Source of the DNA: Vulcanimicrobiota bacterium
Lineage (GTDB): Bacteria > Vulcanimicrobiota > Vulcanimicrobiia > Vulcanimicrobiales > Vulcanimicrobiaceae
Length of the DNA: 64,000 nucleotides
Direction: 5' to 3'
Assembly: GCA_963733295.1 (NCBI GenBank)
Contig: CAVTCS010000003.1
Span: 2,752,001 to 2,816,000, forward strand
The position numbers and the translations under genes were made by a program. How positions within the stretch are numbered: the first letter of the stretch is position 1; the number at the start of each line of letters is the position of its first letter. Shown one piece after another: positions 1 through 9,526 of this stretch. The notes beneath the pieces were generated by a model. The model was not told where the DNA came from. It saw only the letters and a program-made list of their open reading frames with translations, and did no database searches.

Positions 1-2
1 AT

Positions 3-377
3 ACCGAGTACGATGCCGAGAACACCGCGATCCCGGCTAAGCCGCTCGCCGTGCTCGTCAACCAGTACACGGCTTCGGCCTCGGAGATCACCTCCGGCGC
101 CATCCAGGACAACGGCGTGGGGGAATTGGTCGGCGAGAAGACCTACGGGAAGGGCGTCGTCCAGACGATCCATCCGCTTCCCGACGGCTCGGCGGTCAAG
201 ATCACGAGCGCCCGCTACCTGACCCCGCACGGTCGCGACATCAACACGATTGGCATCACACCGGATATCATCACCGCCGAACCGAAGAACGCCCGGCTCG
301 GTGACCCGTCGACCGACACCCAGCTTCAGTCGGCGATCACCTATCTCCAAGGGAAACTCGCACAGATAGGGACTTGA
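3..377 (+). CDS. C-terminal part of carboxyl-terminal processing protease, S41 family (5' truncated by window)
   Basis: Frame open from window start; LVNQYTASASEI, GEKTYGKGVVQ, RYLTPHGRDINTIGITPD are S41 motifs. Confidence 0.92.
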   Translation, partial: TEYDAENTAIPAKPLAVLVNQYTASASEITSGAIQDNGVGELVGEKTYGKGVVQTIHPLPDGSAVKITSARYLTPHGRDINTIGITPDIITAEPKNARLGDPSTDTQLQSAITYLQGKLAQIGT

Positions 378-390
378 GTACGCGCGCGGA

Positions 391-1434
391 GTGAAACGCA
401 GCAGACCCAGGCTTCCTACGGCGCAACTCCTCGGTTGCGCCGTAGCATTTCTCGGCTTGGCCGCCGGCCCGGCTTTGCCGTCGGCTGCGGCCGATCCGCG
501 TGACGCCGTCGCCGCCTGCGTGCGCAACGCGCCGCAGCGCCCGGACCAGGGGGCCGTTGAAAGTTGCATGCGGGCGAGCGGTTACGACCCGGTCGCCCCG
601 GGCGGGCCCCAGGCGCTGCAGTGCATCCTCGAGCGCTACCCCGGCGGCTATCTCGCCGGGTGTCTCGGCGATTTAACTCCGGCCACGGCCGCGCCGGCCC
701 AGGCGGCTGCTGCCGTCGCCACCGACGCGCAAGCGGCTCAGGCGGCCGCGCAAGGACCCTCCCAAACGGTCGCTCAGGCGCCCGGTCAGGGTCCCACGGA
801 GAACCCGCCGAACGGCGCATTTTCGACGAACCCGCCGACCGCCGCGCCGACCGACTCGCCCAGACCTACCGAGGCGCCCGCCCCAGTCGCCACGCAAGCC
901 CCGGCGGCCGAGACGTACGCGGCGCCGGCCGGCGAACTGCCGTGGTGGCCGCTTGCGGTTGCGTTTCTTCTGGGCGCCCTGATGGCCGCGGCGATCACCT
1001 ACTTTGCGCTCCGGACCGATCGAGAGCGCCCCACCGAAGAGGGCGCCCTCAATCTCGAGGGCGACGGAACCCTCCCGCTGGGCGTGCGGATCGCAACGCC
1101 GAACGATTTCAGCGTCCACGCCTGCGACTCGCCGATCACCCTCTCGGCAAACGTCGTTCCGCCGGAGCGCGCCGCCGATCTCGTTTGGTCGATCGTGAGC
1201 CCTGAGAACCGGACCGTCGCGCAGGGAATCGGCGCGCAGTTTACCTTTACGGCGAGCTTCACCGGCGTCTATCACGTCGTCGCGCGACTCGGCAAAACGG
1301 CCGACGATTTGCTGCTCTTCGTTTACAAGACGCCTTCGGGCGGGACGCGCCTAACCGATCTGCTGCAAGCCGAGCCGCCGCCCTTCCCCCGCGAGCCGAC
1401 GAGTTTCGTTTGGAACCGTTCGCGGACTTTGTAA
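391..1434 (+). CDS. Hypothetical single-pass membrane protein (signal peptide, 4-Cys domain, Pro/Ala/Thr linker, TM, Ig/PKD-like C-terminus)
   Basis: GTG start; hydrophobic N-terminus; TM WWPLAVAFLLGALMAAAITYFAL; beta-rich C-terminus (FTFTASFTGVYHVVA). Confidence 0.65.
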   Translation: MKRSRPRLPTAQLLGCAVAFLGLAAGPALPSAAADPRDAVAACVRNAPQRPDQGAVESCMRASGYDPVAPGGPQALQCILERYPGGYLAGCLGDLTPATAAPAQAAAAVATDAQAAQAAAQGPSQTVAQAPGQGPTENPPNGAFSTNPPTAAPTDSPRPTEAPAPVATQAPAAETYAAPAGELPWWPLAVAFLLGALMAAAITYFALRTDRERPTEEGALNLEGDGTLPLGVRIATPNDFSVHACDSPITLSANVVPPERAADLVWSIVSPENRTVAQGIGAQFTFTASFTGVYHVVARLGKTADDLLLFVYKTPSGGTRLTDLLQAEPPPFPREPTSFVWNRSRTL

Positions 1435-1451
1435 AGTAGGAGATCGTTTCG

Positions 1452-2102
1452 ATGGAGGCTGCCGAACTCACCGAGCTGCTCACGCGCCTGCGCAACTCCG
1501 GCCGTGCCAGCGCGTACGATGCGATCGCGGCGTTCGCCAAGGCGTTGCGCGAGTTGCCGGGCGATTTCGCCGAACAGCTGCAACGCGAAGCCGACGCGCG
1601 CGTCGCGTCCGGCGGCGCGCTCGGACCGCTTCCCAAACGCGATCTGCGCGGGGCCGATGCGCGTGAGGTCGACCGCGATAACGTCGTGCTCGTCCTCGAG
1701 GACGGCACCAACTCGACCTGCAGCGCGACCTTGCACTCAGACTTAGTGCACTTCGCGACGGGCGCCGCAGGGAAGCCGTTCCTGGACAACGTGACGCTCG
1801 AGGATACGATCGTGCTGGACGCGAGCCGCTTCGCCGCGAAGAGCGCGCGCGACCTCGGCGTCGGCGCGACGATCACGATCGTCTCGACCGCCAAGCGCGG
1901 CAACGGAAGCGCCTTCGACGAACGGCACGACGGTACGATCTCGGCCGAATTCAAACTGACGTGGAACGCGCGCGGCGACCGTCTGGGAGCGGCGCCTCTG
2001 CTCGCGGACCAAGCGCCGAAGCCCGTATCCGCACCGGCTGCGGCCCCCGTAGCCGCGCCCGTGCCGCCGGAAGCGCCGCTCGACCCTCCGCCGGCGGCCT
2101 AA
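1452..2102 (+). CDS. Hypothetical protein with Pro/Ala-rich tail
   Basis: ATG preceded by AGGAG; follows previous gene by 17 nt; no family recognised. Confidence 0.6.
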   Translation: MEAAELTELLTRLRNSGRASAYDAIAAFAKALRELPGDFAEQLQREADARVASGGALGPLPKRDLRGADAREVDRDNVVLVLEDGTNSTCSATLHSDLVHFATGAAGKPFLDNVTLEDTIVLDASRFAAKSARDLGVGATITIVSTAKRGNGSAFDERHDGTISAEFKLTWNARGDRLGAAPLLADQAPKPVSAPAAAPVAAPVPPEAPLDPPPAA

Positions 2103-2148
2103 AGAGCTCCCCGACGCGCGAGAACGGCGTACGCCCCGCGCGCCTCGC

Positions 2149-4935
2149 CTACGTCGTGCTCTTCTTGCGGGTCGACGTCGCTTTCTTACGAGTGCCGGCG
2201 GCCGATTTGCGAGCCGGTGCTTTGCGCCCCTTGGTCGCGCTTTCCGGCGCGGCACCGTCCGCCGTTTCCGAAACCGTCTTGCGAGCGCGGGTTTTCTTGG
2301 GGGCCGGAGCGCCGTCGAGAAGAGGCTCGGCACGCTTTCGGGTCGCACGCTTTTTCGGCTCGGCTTCGCTGGGCGCAGGCAGTGCCGCCACAACGGCGGT
2401 TTCGAGCCGAAGGCTCGGCGCTGCCGCAGTCTTGCGGGGACGGCCGCGCGCGGGCTTGGTCACCTTCGCCGGTTCTTCGGGAAGCGTCAGCGCGGGCGGC
2501 GGGGCATCGACGGCGATCGGGCCGGCCTTGCGTTCGAGACGCGCGATCGCCCGCGATGGTTCGGGCGGCGCGGTCCTGCCGGTTCCTTCGCTGACGCCGT
2601 CGCTACTCGTCCGGAAGACGTAGCGCTCGGGAACGGCTTGCGCGCCGGGCGCCGCAGCGCCGCTCGCATCGAGTCCGGCTCCGCCGCGTCCGCGGCGGCG
2701 CCGGCGCCGGCGGCGGCGACGTGTGCCGTCATCGGCTTGCCCGGGGAGCGGTGTGGGCGAAGCACCTTCGGCCGCCGCTGCATCTTCGTCTTCGAGGTGC
2801 GGCGTCGAGATTTGAGCGGCGAGGCTCGAGACCGGAATGCCGGCGAGCGCAGCGCTCTCACCTCCGGCTCCCGACGCACGGCGCCGCCGCCGGCGCCGGC
2901 GCTTGCGCCGCACTTCGCTCTCGCCGCCGTAGCTCGCGTACGCGCGATGCTCTCCATCGGGTTCGACCGCGGCGTAGTCCGGCACGGGACGTAGCGGCGT
3001 GACCGTCGCGAGCGACGGACTTTGCGTCGCATGCGCCCGCGTCTCGACGTCCTCGGCTTCGGCCTCGGCACTCGTCGAGATGCCGATCGCGGGCCGGCCG
3101 CCGAGGCCCTTGGCGGCCTCTTCGGCCAGCTCGCGCAGCTGTTCTTCCTGCTCGGCCGGCGTGAGTTCTTTCTTGCGGCCGCGCCCGCCCCGGCGGCGGC
3201 GCTTCTTCGTTTCGCTGAGTTGCGCCGCGAGCGGCGTGGTCGGCTCGGCGAGGATCGTGCCGTCTTCGTCATCGATGTCGATCACTTTGATCAGCACCGT
3301 CTGTCCGACGGCGCCCGCCGCGTTTTCGACTTCGACGAGACGGTCGCCGACGATCGCGAGGGCGGAGGTTGGGACCGGCAGACGCGCGTGTATCAGTTCG
3401 ACGGGAACCTCGTCGCCGACGCGCACCGTAAGCGGCGGCATCGTTTTGGCGTCGGGCAGCCCCACGACCTTGGTGCGTTCCGGATGCAGCGAAGCGTCGA
3501 CGCGGACCGCGACCTTGCGTTCGAGCTCGGCTTCGAGCGCCGAGAGCTCGCTTTCGTACCAGTATTCGATCTGGGCGCCGACGGTCGGCGCCGACACGAC
3601 TTCGATCGGGCCGTGCCCTGCCTTACCGTTCTGGTGTTCGTGTCCGACGCGGCGGATCTCACGGAAGGCGTCGATCGCCACGCTCTCGGGCGACATCACG
3701 GTGCCGATTCCGTCGCAGGTCGGACACGAGCCTCTCAGTTGCGAAGCCAGATCTTTGCCCACGCGCTTGCGGGTGAACTCGAGCAACCCGAGCGGCGAGA
3801 ACGACTGAATCGTGGTGCGGGTGCGATCCTTGCGCAGCCCCGCCTGCAGCGTCGCGATGACCTTATTGCGGGCGCCTTCGCTCGACATATCGATGAAGTC
3901 GCACACGATGATCCCGCCGATGTCGCGCAGACGCACCTGACGCGCGATCTCGGCCGCGGCCTCGACGTTCGTCTTGACGATCGTATCTTCCAGGTTACGG
4001 CCGCCGGTGAACTTGCCGCTGTTTACGTCGATGACCGTCAGGGCTTCGGTCATCTCGATGACGATCGATCCGCCCGACGGCAAGTTGACTTTCGGGCGCA
4101 GCAGCTTCTGGACTTCTTCGTCGATCTTGAAGTCGCGGAACAGCTGCCGTCCGTTGTTGTAGTGTTCGATGCGCTCGACGTACTGCGGTCCGAGCAGACG
4201 CATGAAGTCGCGCACCTTTTCGTACTCTTCGCCGTCGTCGATGAGCACGCGCTCGACTTCGGGCGTGATGAAGTCGCGCGCGGCTTTGTAGACGAGATTC
4301 ATGTCCTTGTGGATCAAGGACGGCGCGGGCGCGCGCTTGTAGGTCTCGAGAATGCCGTGCCACATACGGATCAGCACGCCGAGGTCGGCGATCAACTCCG
4401 CTTGACTAACCCCGGCGGCGGCGGTCCGGACGACGGTCGCCATCCCTTCGGGGCGGATCAGTTTCATGATGCCCTTGAGACGATTGCGCTCTTCGGCGCT
4501 CTCGATTTTGCGCGAGACGCCCGAATAGCGGCCCGTCGGCATGAGGATCAGATAGCGTCCGGGCAACGAGATGTTCGTCGAGATGCGCGCGCCTTTGAGC
4601 CCGCGCGGTTCCTTGACGATTTGGACGAGGACGTCTTCGCCGCGCTCGACCTTTTCGGTGATGGTCCAGCCCGAACGTCCTTGAGTGATTTCGACGTCGC
4701 CGATGTTCAGCGGCGTCTTGTTGATGTCGTCGACGTACAAGAAGGCGTTGCGCCCGAGTCCGATGTCGACGAAGCTCGCTCCCATTCCAGGGAGCACGTT
4801 CATTACTTTTCCTTTGAAGATCGATCCGATGACCTTTTCTTCGCGTTCGAAGTAGATCTCGGCTAGTTGACCGTCCTCAAGGATTGCGACCCGGTTCTCC
4901 CAGGGGTCGCTCGAGATGAGGATCTCTGTTGGCAC
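2149..4935 (-). CDS. rne: Ribonuclease E/G family with TRAM-like domain and long disordered C-terminus
   Basis: S1 motif GSIFKGKVMNVLPGMGASFVDIG; catalytic IDVNSG and DIGGIIVCDFIDM; Zn-link CPTCDG. Confidence 0.93.
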   Translation of the reverse strand: MPTEILISSDPWENRVAILEDGQLAEIYFEREEKVIGSIFKGKVMNVLPGMGASFVDIGLGRNAFLYVDDINKTPLNIGDVEITQGRSGWTITEKVERGEDVLVQIVKEPRGLKGARISTNISLPGRYLILMPTGRYSGVSRKIESAEERNRLKGIMKLIRPEGMATVVRTAAAGVSQAELIADLGVLIRMWHGILETYKRAPAPSLIHKDMNLVYKAARDFITPEVERVLIDDGEEYEKVRDFMRLLGPQYVERIEHYNNGRQLFRDFKIDEEVQKLLRPKVNLPSGGSIVIEMTEALTVIDVNSGKFTGGRNLEDTIVKTNVEAAAEIARQVRLRDIGGIIVCDFIDMSSEGARNKVIATLQAGLRKDRTRTTIQSFSPLGLLEFTRKRVGKDLASQLRGSCPTCDGIGTVMSPESVAIDAFREIRRVGHEHQNGKAGHGPIEVVSAPTVGAQIEYWYESELSALEAELERKVAVRVDASLHPERTKVVGLPDAKTMPPLTVRVGDEVPVELIHARLPVPTSALAIVGDRLVEVENAAGAVGQTVLIKVIDIDDEDGTILAEPTTPLAAQLSETKKRRRRGGRGRKKELTPAEQEEQLRELAEEAAKGLGGRPAIGISTSAEAEAEDVETRAHATQSPSLATVTPLRPVPDYAAVEPDGEHRAYASYGGESEVRRKRRRRRRRRASGAGGESAALAGIPVSSLAAQISTPHLEDEDAAAAEGASPTPLPGQADDGTRRRRRRRRRRGRGGAGLDASGAAAPGAQAVPERYVFRTSSDGVSEGTGRTAPPEPSRAIARLERKAGPIAVDAPPPALTLPEEPAKVTKPARGRPRKTAAAPSLRLETAVVAALPAPSEAEPKKRATRKRAEPLLDGAPAPKKTRARKTVSETADGAAPESATKGRKAPARKSAAGTRKKATSTRKKSTT

Positions 4936-5380
4936 GTCCTTGCCTTTCGCATGGGGCGGCGCGCCGCAACGTCATCGAAACAACGCCTACGCTCATGTGG
5001 CACAGGCGCAGCTCCCGAGAGGCGGAGCTACCATTGCACTCCGAAAAATTGGACCGCGCGCCGACGCATCAAGGGCGCCAAGGCACGCGAAAATTCGAAA
5101 TCGGATGAACGGGCTGTTCACGCCGGCCGCCTCGAGGTCCTTTCCGGAGGGGTGCCGCCACGAGCAGCCACCTCCAGGATCGCGACGAGGAAGCACTCGC
5201 GCTCGCTCTCGAGACCTTGCAGGCGCTCGGCGGCAGCCTGGCGCCGGGACCAAACCTGCCCGTCCTCGAGCGGACCGTTTCTGTGTTCTCGCGCACTCGC
5301 AGCGGGGAACCCCAGCGCCGCGCGGGGTACTCGTCAACTGCGTAACGCCGGCCGTCGCAAAGACCGATGTCTTCAAAAAG

Positions 5381-6850
5381 ATGACGCACACGCATATCGA
5401 CTCCAGGCTTTCGAAGATTCTTGCGCTCGTCGCCGCGGCTTTCGCGCTCGCGTCCTGCGGACCGTCGGGCCGAACCTACGGTGACGGCGGACGCGCTTCG
5501 AGCGCGGCGCTTCAGCAACTCTGGTTCGCGGACGGAGGCTGGAAACTGTGTCTCGCGCCCGGCTGCCCGACGGCGAAGTCCGGCTCCGGCGCCGCCGCGC
5601 TGACGTTCGCCGCCTACTTCGGCTGGATGCCGCAGAACGGCGGCGACGCCTCGTTTGCGCCGTTGATGGACAAGCTGGGCGCGAGCATTCCCGTTTTCGC
5701 CGCACCCTGCGTCGACTCGACGTGTCGCGTTCGAAGCGACGTTCCGATGTGGAACGCCGTCGCACTCTTGCGCACGTACGACAAGAACGAAAGCGGCAAC
5801 CCCGGGTTGGAGAAGGCCTCGGCGGTCCTCGATTCCTTCGACCGTTCGAGCGCCTATTTCAAAGGCGCGTGCCCCGAAATTCCCTATCTCGAGCCGTTCG
5901 GCGGGAAGAGCAAGCTCAAGGCGCTCGCAACCGACTCCAACTATGCAAAAGCGGCTCTCTCGGTGGCGCATTACACCGGCAAGGACGTCTACCTCGACCG
6001 CGGCGAGCGTCGCTATCTCGCGGCCCGGAAGTACTACTTCGATCCCAAGGCGGGACTCTATACCGCGTACGTCATCGACGACGGCAAGCATTGCACGCAA
6101 GTTCCGCACCGCTTCCTAGCGAGCGTAAACGGGAACATGATCTACTCCGCCTACGTCCTGTTTGCCAGTCAGCGCGGCACCGTGTATCAGCAACAGGCGA
6201 CCGGCGTGGCCCGGACCGCGGTTGCCAAGCTTTCGGACGCGCGCGGCGTTCTCGCAAACTTGCAAGACGAAGACGATACCGCCGACCCGCTCTTCGAAGC
6301 GATGTTCGTTCTCGCGAACTACTGGAATATGGATTTCGCGCGGGCTTGGATCGCGCGCAACGCGGCGGCTGCCGAAGGCGCGCGGAGAGAAGATGGGAGC
6401 ATCGGACGCTTCTTCGACGGGCCGCCGCCGGACGGCGGCGTGACGGCGTGGCAGACCAGCGGCGGATTTGCCGCGACGCTGGCGGCGCAGGCGCTGCAAC
6501 CCGGCGAAGTTCTGCCGAGTCCCGGTCCCGGTTGGAAGACCGCAAAGTTCGTGCGCCTCAACGCGCAAACGACGCCCCAGACCATCCGCTTCACGGGCAG
6601 CGGAATCGCGCTGCGCGGAACGCTGGGCGATCCCTGCTGTCCGGGCGGAGCGCGCGTTTTCATCGACGGCGTCGAGACCTTCGACCATACCGGGATTCGC
6701 CAGAGCTATTCGCCGGCGGGAAAAATTCCGAACGCGATCCTGTTCGCGTGGCAATGGCCCGCCGCCGGGAAGCACGAGATCAAGCTCGAGGCAGATTCGC
6801 CGGCCGGCGCCGCACAGGCCGTTCACCTGAGCGGTTACGAGGTCAAGTAG
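5381..6850 (+). CDS. Lipoprotein, possibly an alpha/alpha-barrel glycoside hydrolase (GH76-like) with C-terminal beta domain
   Basis: ATG 5381 in the long ORF; lipobox FALASC; helical Tyr/Trp-rich core; C-terminal IRFTGSGIAL...VFIDG; family assignment tentative. Confidence 0.5.
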   Translation: MTHTHIDSRLSKILALVAAAFALASCGPSGRTYGDGGRASSAALQQLWFADGGWKLCLAPGCPTAKSGSGAAALTFAAYFGWMPQNGGDASFAPLMDKLGASIPVFAAPCVDSTCRVRSDVPMWNAVALLRTYDKNESGNPGLEKASAVLDSFDRSSAYFKGACPEIPYLEPFGGKSKLKALATDSNYAKAALSVAHYTGKDVYLDRGERRYLAARKYYFDPKAGLYTAYVIDDGKHCTQVPHRFLASVNGNMIYSAYVLFASQRGTVYQQQATGVARTAVAKLSDARGVLANLQDEDDTADPLFEAMFVLANYWNMDFARAWIARNAAAAEGARREDGSIGRFFDGPPPDGGVTAWQTSGGFAATLAAQALQPGEVLPSPGPGWKTAKFVRLNAQTTPQTIRFTGSGIALRGTLGDPCCPGGARVFIDGVETFDHTGIRQSYSPAGKIPNAILFAWQWPAAGKHEIKLEADSPAGAAQAVHLSGYEVK

Positions 6851-6855
6851 GCGCG

Positions 6856-7941
6856 CTAGTTTCTCCCGCGCAGCGCGTGCTCGCGGAGCCACGAGGCCAG
6901 CAGCATGAAATACGCGGGCGCCTGCGGAGCATCCGACTGCAGCGACTTAAGGTCGGTCGCCATAGTCTGGTGCGCGACGAACATCATTTCGTGGCTGGCG
7001 TTCGCGACGACCGCATACGTGAGGTTCGGATGCGTGCGCGCGAGCGGACCGAGGCGCTCGACCGTCGCGGCGACCGGTATCCACAGATCGGCACCACCGT
7101 AGATGCATAAAACGGGAACCCGCACGTTTCCGATTGCGGTCAGTGGATCTTCGTCCAGCTCTTTTCGGGCCGACGGATCGGCGCTCAGCTGCGCGGCCGA
7201 AGGCAGGTACATCAGATCGAACCAGGGCTTGCGATCGATCGCGCCGAGAGCGGCGGCCGCGCTCGAACGCGGAACCGTTCCGCGCAAATAGCCCATCCAC
7301 GCCTTGCGCGCCGCTAACATCGCGGCTACGTCGGAATCGGGATACCCGAGGACGCGCAGCCGGTTCGCCATGGCAAACTCCATTTGGGTTTCGGGCGTAA
7401 CCAGCGGAGCCGATACCGAGACGGCGAAGGCGGCCCTCGGATCGCGTTCCGCGGCGAAGAGCGCGAGCCAGCCGCCTTGGCTCAAGCCCCAATAGCCGAT
7501 ACGCGACGGGTCGATTTGAGGTAGCTTGGCGATCGCTCGAGCGCCCGCGATTCCGTCATCGGTCAAAGTCTCGTAACTGGCGCCCTTGCGCGTACCGGTC
7601 GACGTGCCCGTCCCGCGCCGGTCGAAAAGCAAGACCGCCATGCCGATCGCGGGCAATCCTTCGCGCAAGTGACGGTACAGCGCCGCGTCGCCGTTGCCGA
7701 TGTCGGCAGCATGAAACGCGACGAGCGCCGGAACCGGCGTTTTCGTTTGCGGCCAGTACAAAGTGCCGTGCAGCGTTGCGCCGGCGTGTTCGAAGGTGAC
7801 GGGCAAGCTCAACACCGGAGGAGTGCCGGGTACGCGCCACACCGGCGCTGCGCCCGCGCCGTTCGGCTCGGCGCCTGCCGGGGCGACCGCAAGCGCTGCG
7901 ATGCTCAGAACTACGCCGATCTGCCGCACGAATCGATCCAC
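6856..7941 (-). CDS. Secreted alpha/beta hydrolase
   Basis: Signal peptide; nucleophile elbow GLSQGG; YGGAD and ASH triad residues. Confidence 0.85.
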   Translation of the reverse strand: MDRFVRQIGVVLSIAALAVAPAGAEPNGAGAAPVWRVPGTPPVLSLPVTFEHAGATLHGTLYWPQTKTPVPALVAFHAADIGNGDAALYRHLREGLPAIGMAVLLFDRRGTGTSTGTRKGASYETLTDDGIAGARAIAKLPQIDPSRIGYWGLSQGGWLALFAAERDPRAAFAVSVSAPLVTPETQMEFAMANRLRVLGYPDSDVAAMLAARKAWMGYLRGTVPRSSAAAALGAIDRKPWFDLMYLPSAAQLSADPSARKELDEDPLTAIGNVRVPVLCIYGGADLWIPVAATVERLGPLARTHPNLTYAVVANASHEMMFVAHQTMATDLKSLQSDAPQAPAYFMLLASWLREHALRGRN

Positions 7942-7957
7942 CGCCCTACCCCTACTT

Positions 7958-9058
7958 CTAGAAAACCAGCTTGTCGCGCTGAAGATGGATGTTCAGCAGC
8001 ATTCCGACGGCTGCGAAGTCCGTCAGCACCGCGGAGCCGCCGTACGAAAGAAACGGCAGCGGAATTCCCGTGATCGGCATGATCCCGACGGTCATTCCGA
8101 TGTTGACCGTAATGTGAAAGGCCAGCATCGCGACGAGGCCGACGGCCAGCAGGAGTCCGAACCGGTCGCGCGCCGCGAGCATCGCGCGCACCGCCCCGAA
8201 CAGGATGACCGCATACATGCAGATCAGCGAGACCGATCCGAGAAAGCCGAACTCTTCGCCGACGACGGTGAAGATGAAGTCGCGCGAGTGCTCGGGCACG
8301 AAGTTGAGCTGAGTTTGAGTGCCGTGATACAGGCCTTTTCCAAAGAGCTGGCCGCTTCCGACGGCGATCTTCGACTGGTTGAGGTTCCAGCCGGCACCTT
8401 GCGGATCGGCGGATGGATTGAGGAACACGAGCAGACGATCGCGCTGGAACCGTTTGAGAACGAAGTTGGTCCCGACGACGAATGCGGCGCTCGCCGCGAC
8501 GGCCGCCAGGTAGCCGGCAAAATACCAAGCGTTCGAAAGTCCGAAGAAGAGTTCGGCGCTGAGGATCGCGCCGATGACGAGCGTCGTGCCCAGATCGGGT
8601 TGTTTGAGGACGAGCAGCGCCGGCACCGCGACGAGCAGCAGCGTCAGACCGAATTCCTTGCGGCCGACGGCCGGCGTGCGCGCGAGCATCGTTGCAATGA
8701 CGATCGCCAAGACGAGCTTCGCCGGTTCCGACGGCTGAAAGGTGCCGAGCGGGCCGAGCGAGATCCAGCGCTGCGCGCCGAGCGCGCTGTGCCCGCCGCG
8801 CAAGACGAAAGCGAGCAACGCCAAGTTCGCGACGTAAAGAGGGACCGCCCAACGCTGCCAGCGGTGGTAGTCGATCCACGAGCACAGCGCCATGACGCCG
8901 ATTCCGAGCACGACGTACAGCAGCTGTTTGCGCCATTCGCCCGTCGCGTCGGGATCGTGCAGCGTTGCCGAGTTGATGAAGAGCACGCCGCAGAGCGCCA
9001 GCACGACGGCCGCGCCGGCCATCACCCAGTTGAACGATAGATACCAGGCGCGCTCCAC
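7958..9058 (-). CDS. rodA: Rod shape-determining protein RodA (SEDS)
   Basis: GAQRWI, FQPSE, QPDLGT, PEHSRDFIF, GEEFG, PFLSYGGS. Confidence 0.93.
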   Translation of the reverse strand: MERAWYLSFNWVMAGAAVVLALCGVLFINSATLHDPDATGEWRKQLLYVVLGIGVMALCSWIDYHRWQRWAVPLYVANLALLAFVLRGGHSALGAQRWISLGPLGTFQPSEPAKLVLAIVIATMLARTPAVGRKEFGLTLLLVAVPALLVLKQPDLGTTLVIGAILSAELFFGLSNAWYFAGYLAAVAASAAFVVGTNFVLKRFQRDRLLVFLNPSADPQGAGWNLNQSKIAVGSGQLFGKGLYHGTQTQLNFVPEHSRDFIFTVVGEEFGFLGSVSLICMYAVILFGAVRAMLAARDRFGLLLAVGLVAMLAFHITVNIGMTVGIMPITGIPLPFLSYGGSAVLTDFAAVGMLLNIHLQRDKLVF

Positions 9059-9064
9059 GCGCGC

Positions 9065-9526
9065 TTAGGAAACTTGCGGCTGCGAAACCTGCGGCGCTTG
9101 CGCGGGCTTACGGCGACGCCGGCGGCGAGGGGCTGCGCCCGGCTCGGGCGCACGCGCCGCCTCTCCGGGCTCGGCAGGCGTGCCGGTTGCGGACTCGATC
9201 GCTTCCGCGACGAGCGCCTGCGCCGCCGCTTCGGGTTCCGGCGCGGCCGGGGGCGGCGGAGGCGAAGGCCGGTCGGGCCGCAGCTGGAGGATCGGAATGT
9301 TGGCCGTCATCGCCACGTCGTGCTCGCGGTGTTCGAAGCTGACGTCGGCGTTGTTCGCGTCGATCTCGACGTAGCGCGAGATGACCGCGAACAGTTCAGT
9401 TTTGAGCGCCTCGATGACGTCGGGCGCGAGCGAAAGATGATCCGATAGGAGCACTAAGCGCAAACGTTCCTTGGCGGTCGTGCTAGAACGCTCGGGCCGG
9501 AAGAGCGAACGGAAGAACTCGATCAC
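9065..9526 (-). CDS. minE: Cell division topological specificity factor MinE with C-terminal extension
   Basis: GTG at 9526 overlapping the minD stop; TAKERLRLVL, VISRYVEI, ANIPI. Confidence 0.9.
   Translation of the reverse strand: MIEFFRSLFRPERSSTTAKERLRLVLLSDHLSLAPDVIEALKTELFAVISRYVEIDANNADVSFEHREHDVAMTANIPILQLRPDRPSPPPPPAAPEPEAAAQALVAEAIESATGTPAEPGEAARAPEPGAAPRRRRRRKPAQAPQVSQPQVS

Noticed and set aside
3022..4866. Long antisense ORFs over rne (likewise 48147-49931 and 43954-45705)
   Set aside because: Expected in GC-rich genes with biased codons; no motifs, and they overlap well-supported genes
4916..5380. N-terminal extension of the lipoprotein ORF
   Set aside because: Arg/Pro-rich non-protein-like sequence; the lipoprotein signal begins after ATG 5381
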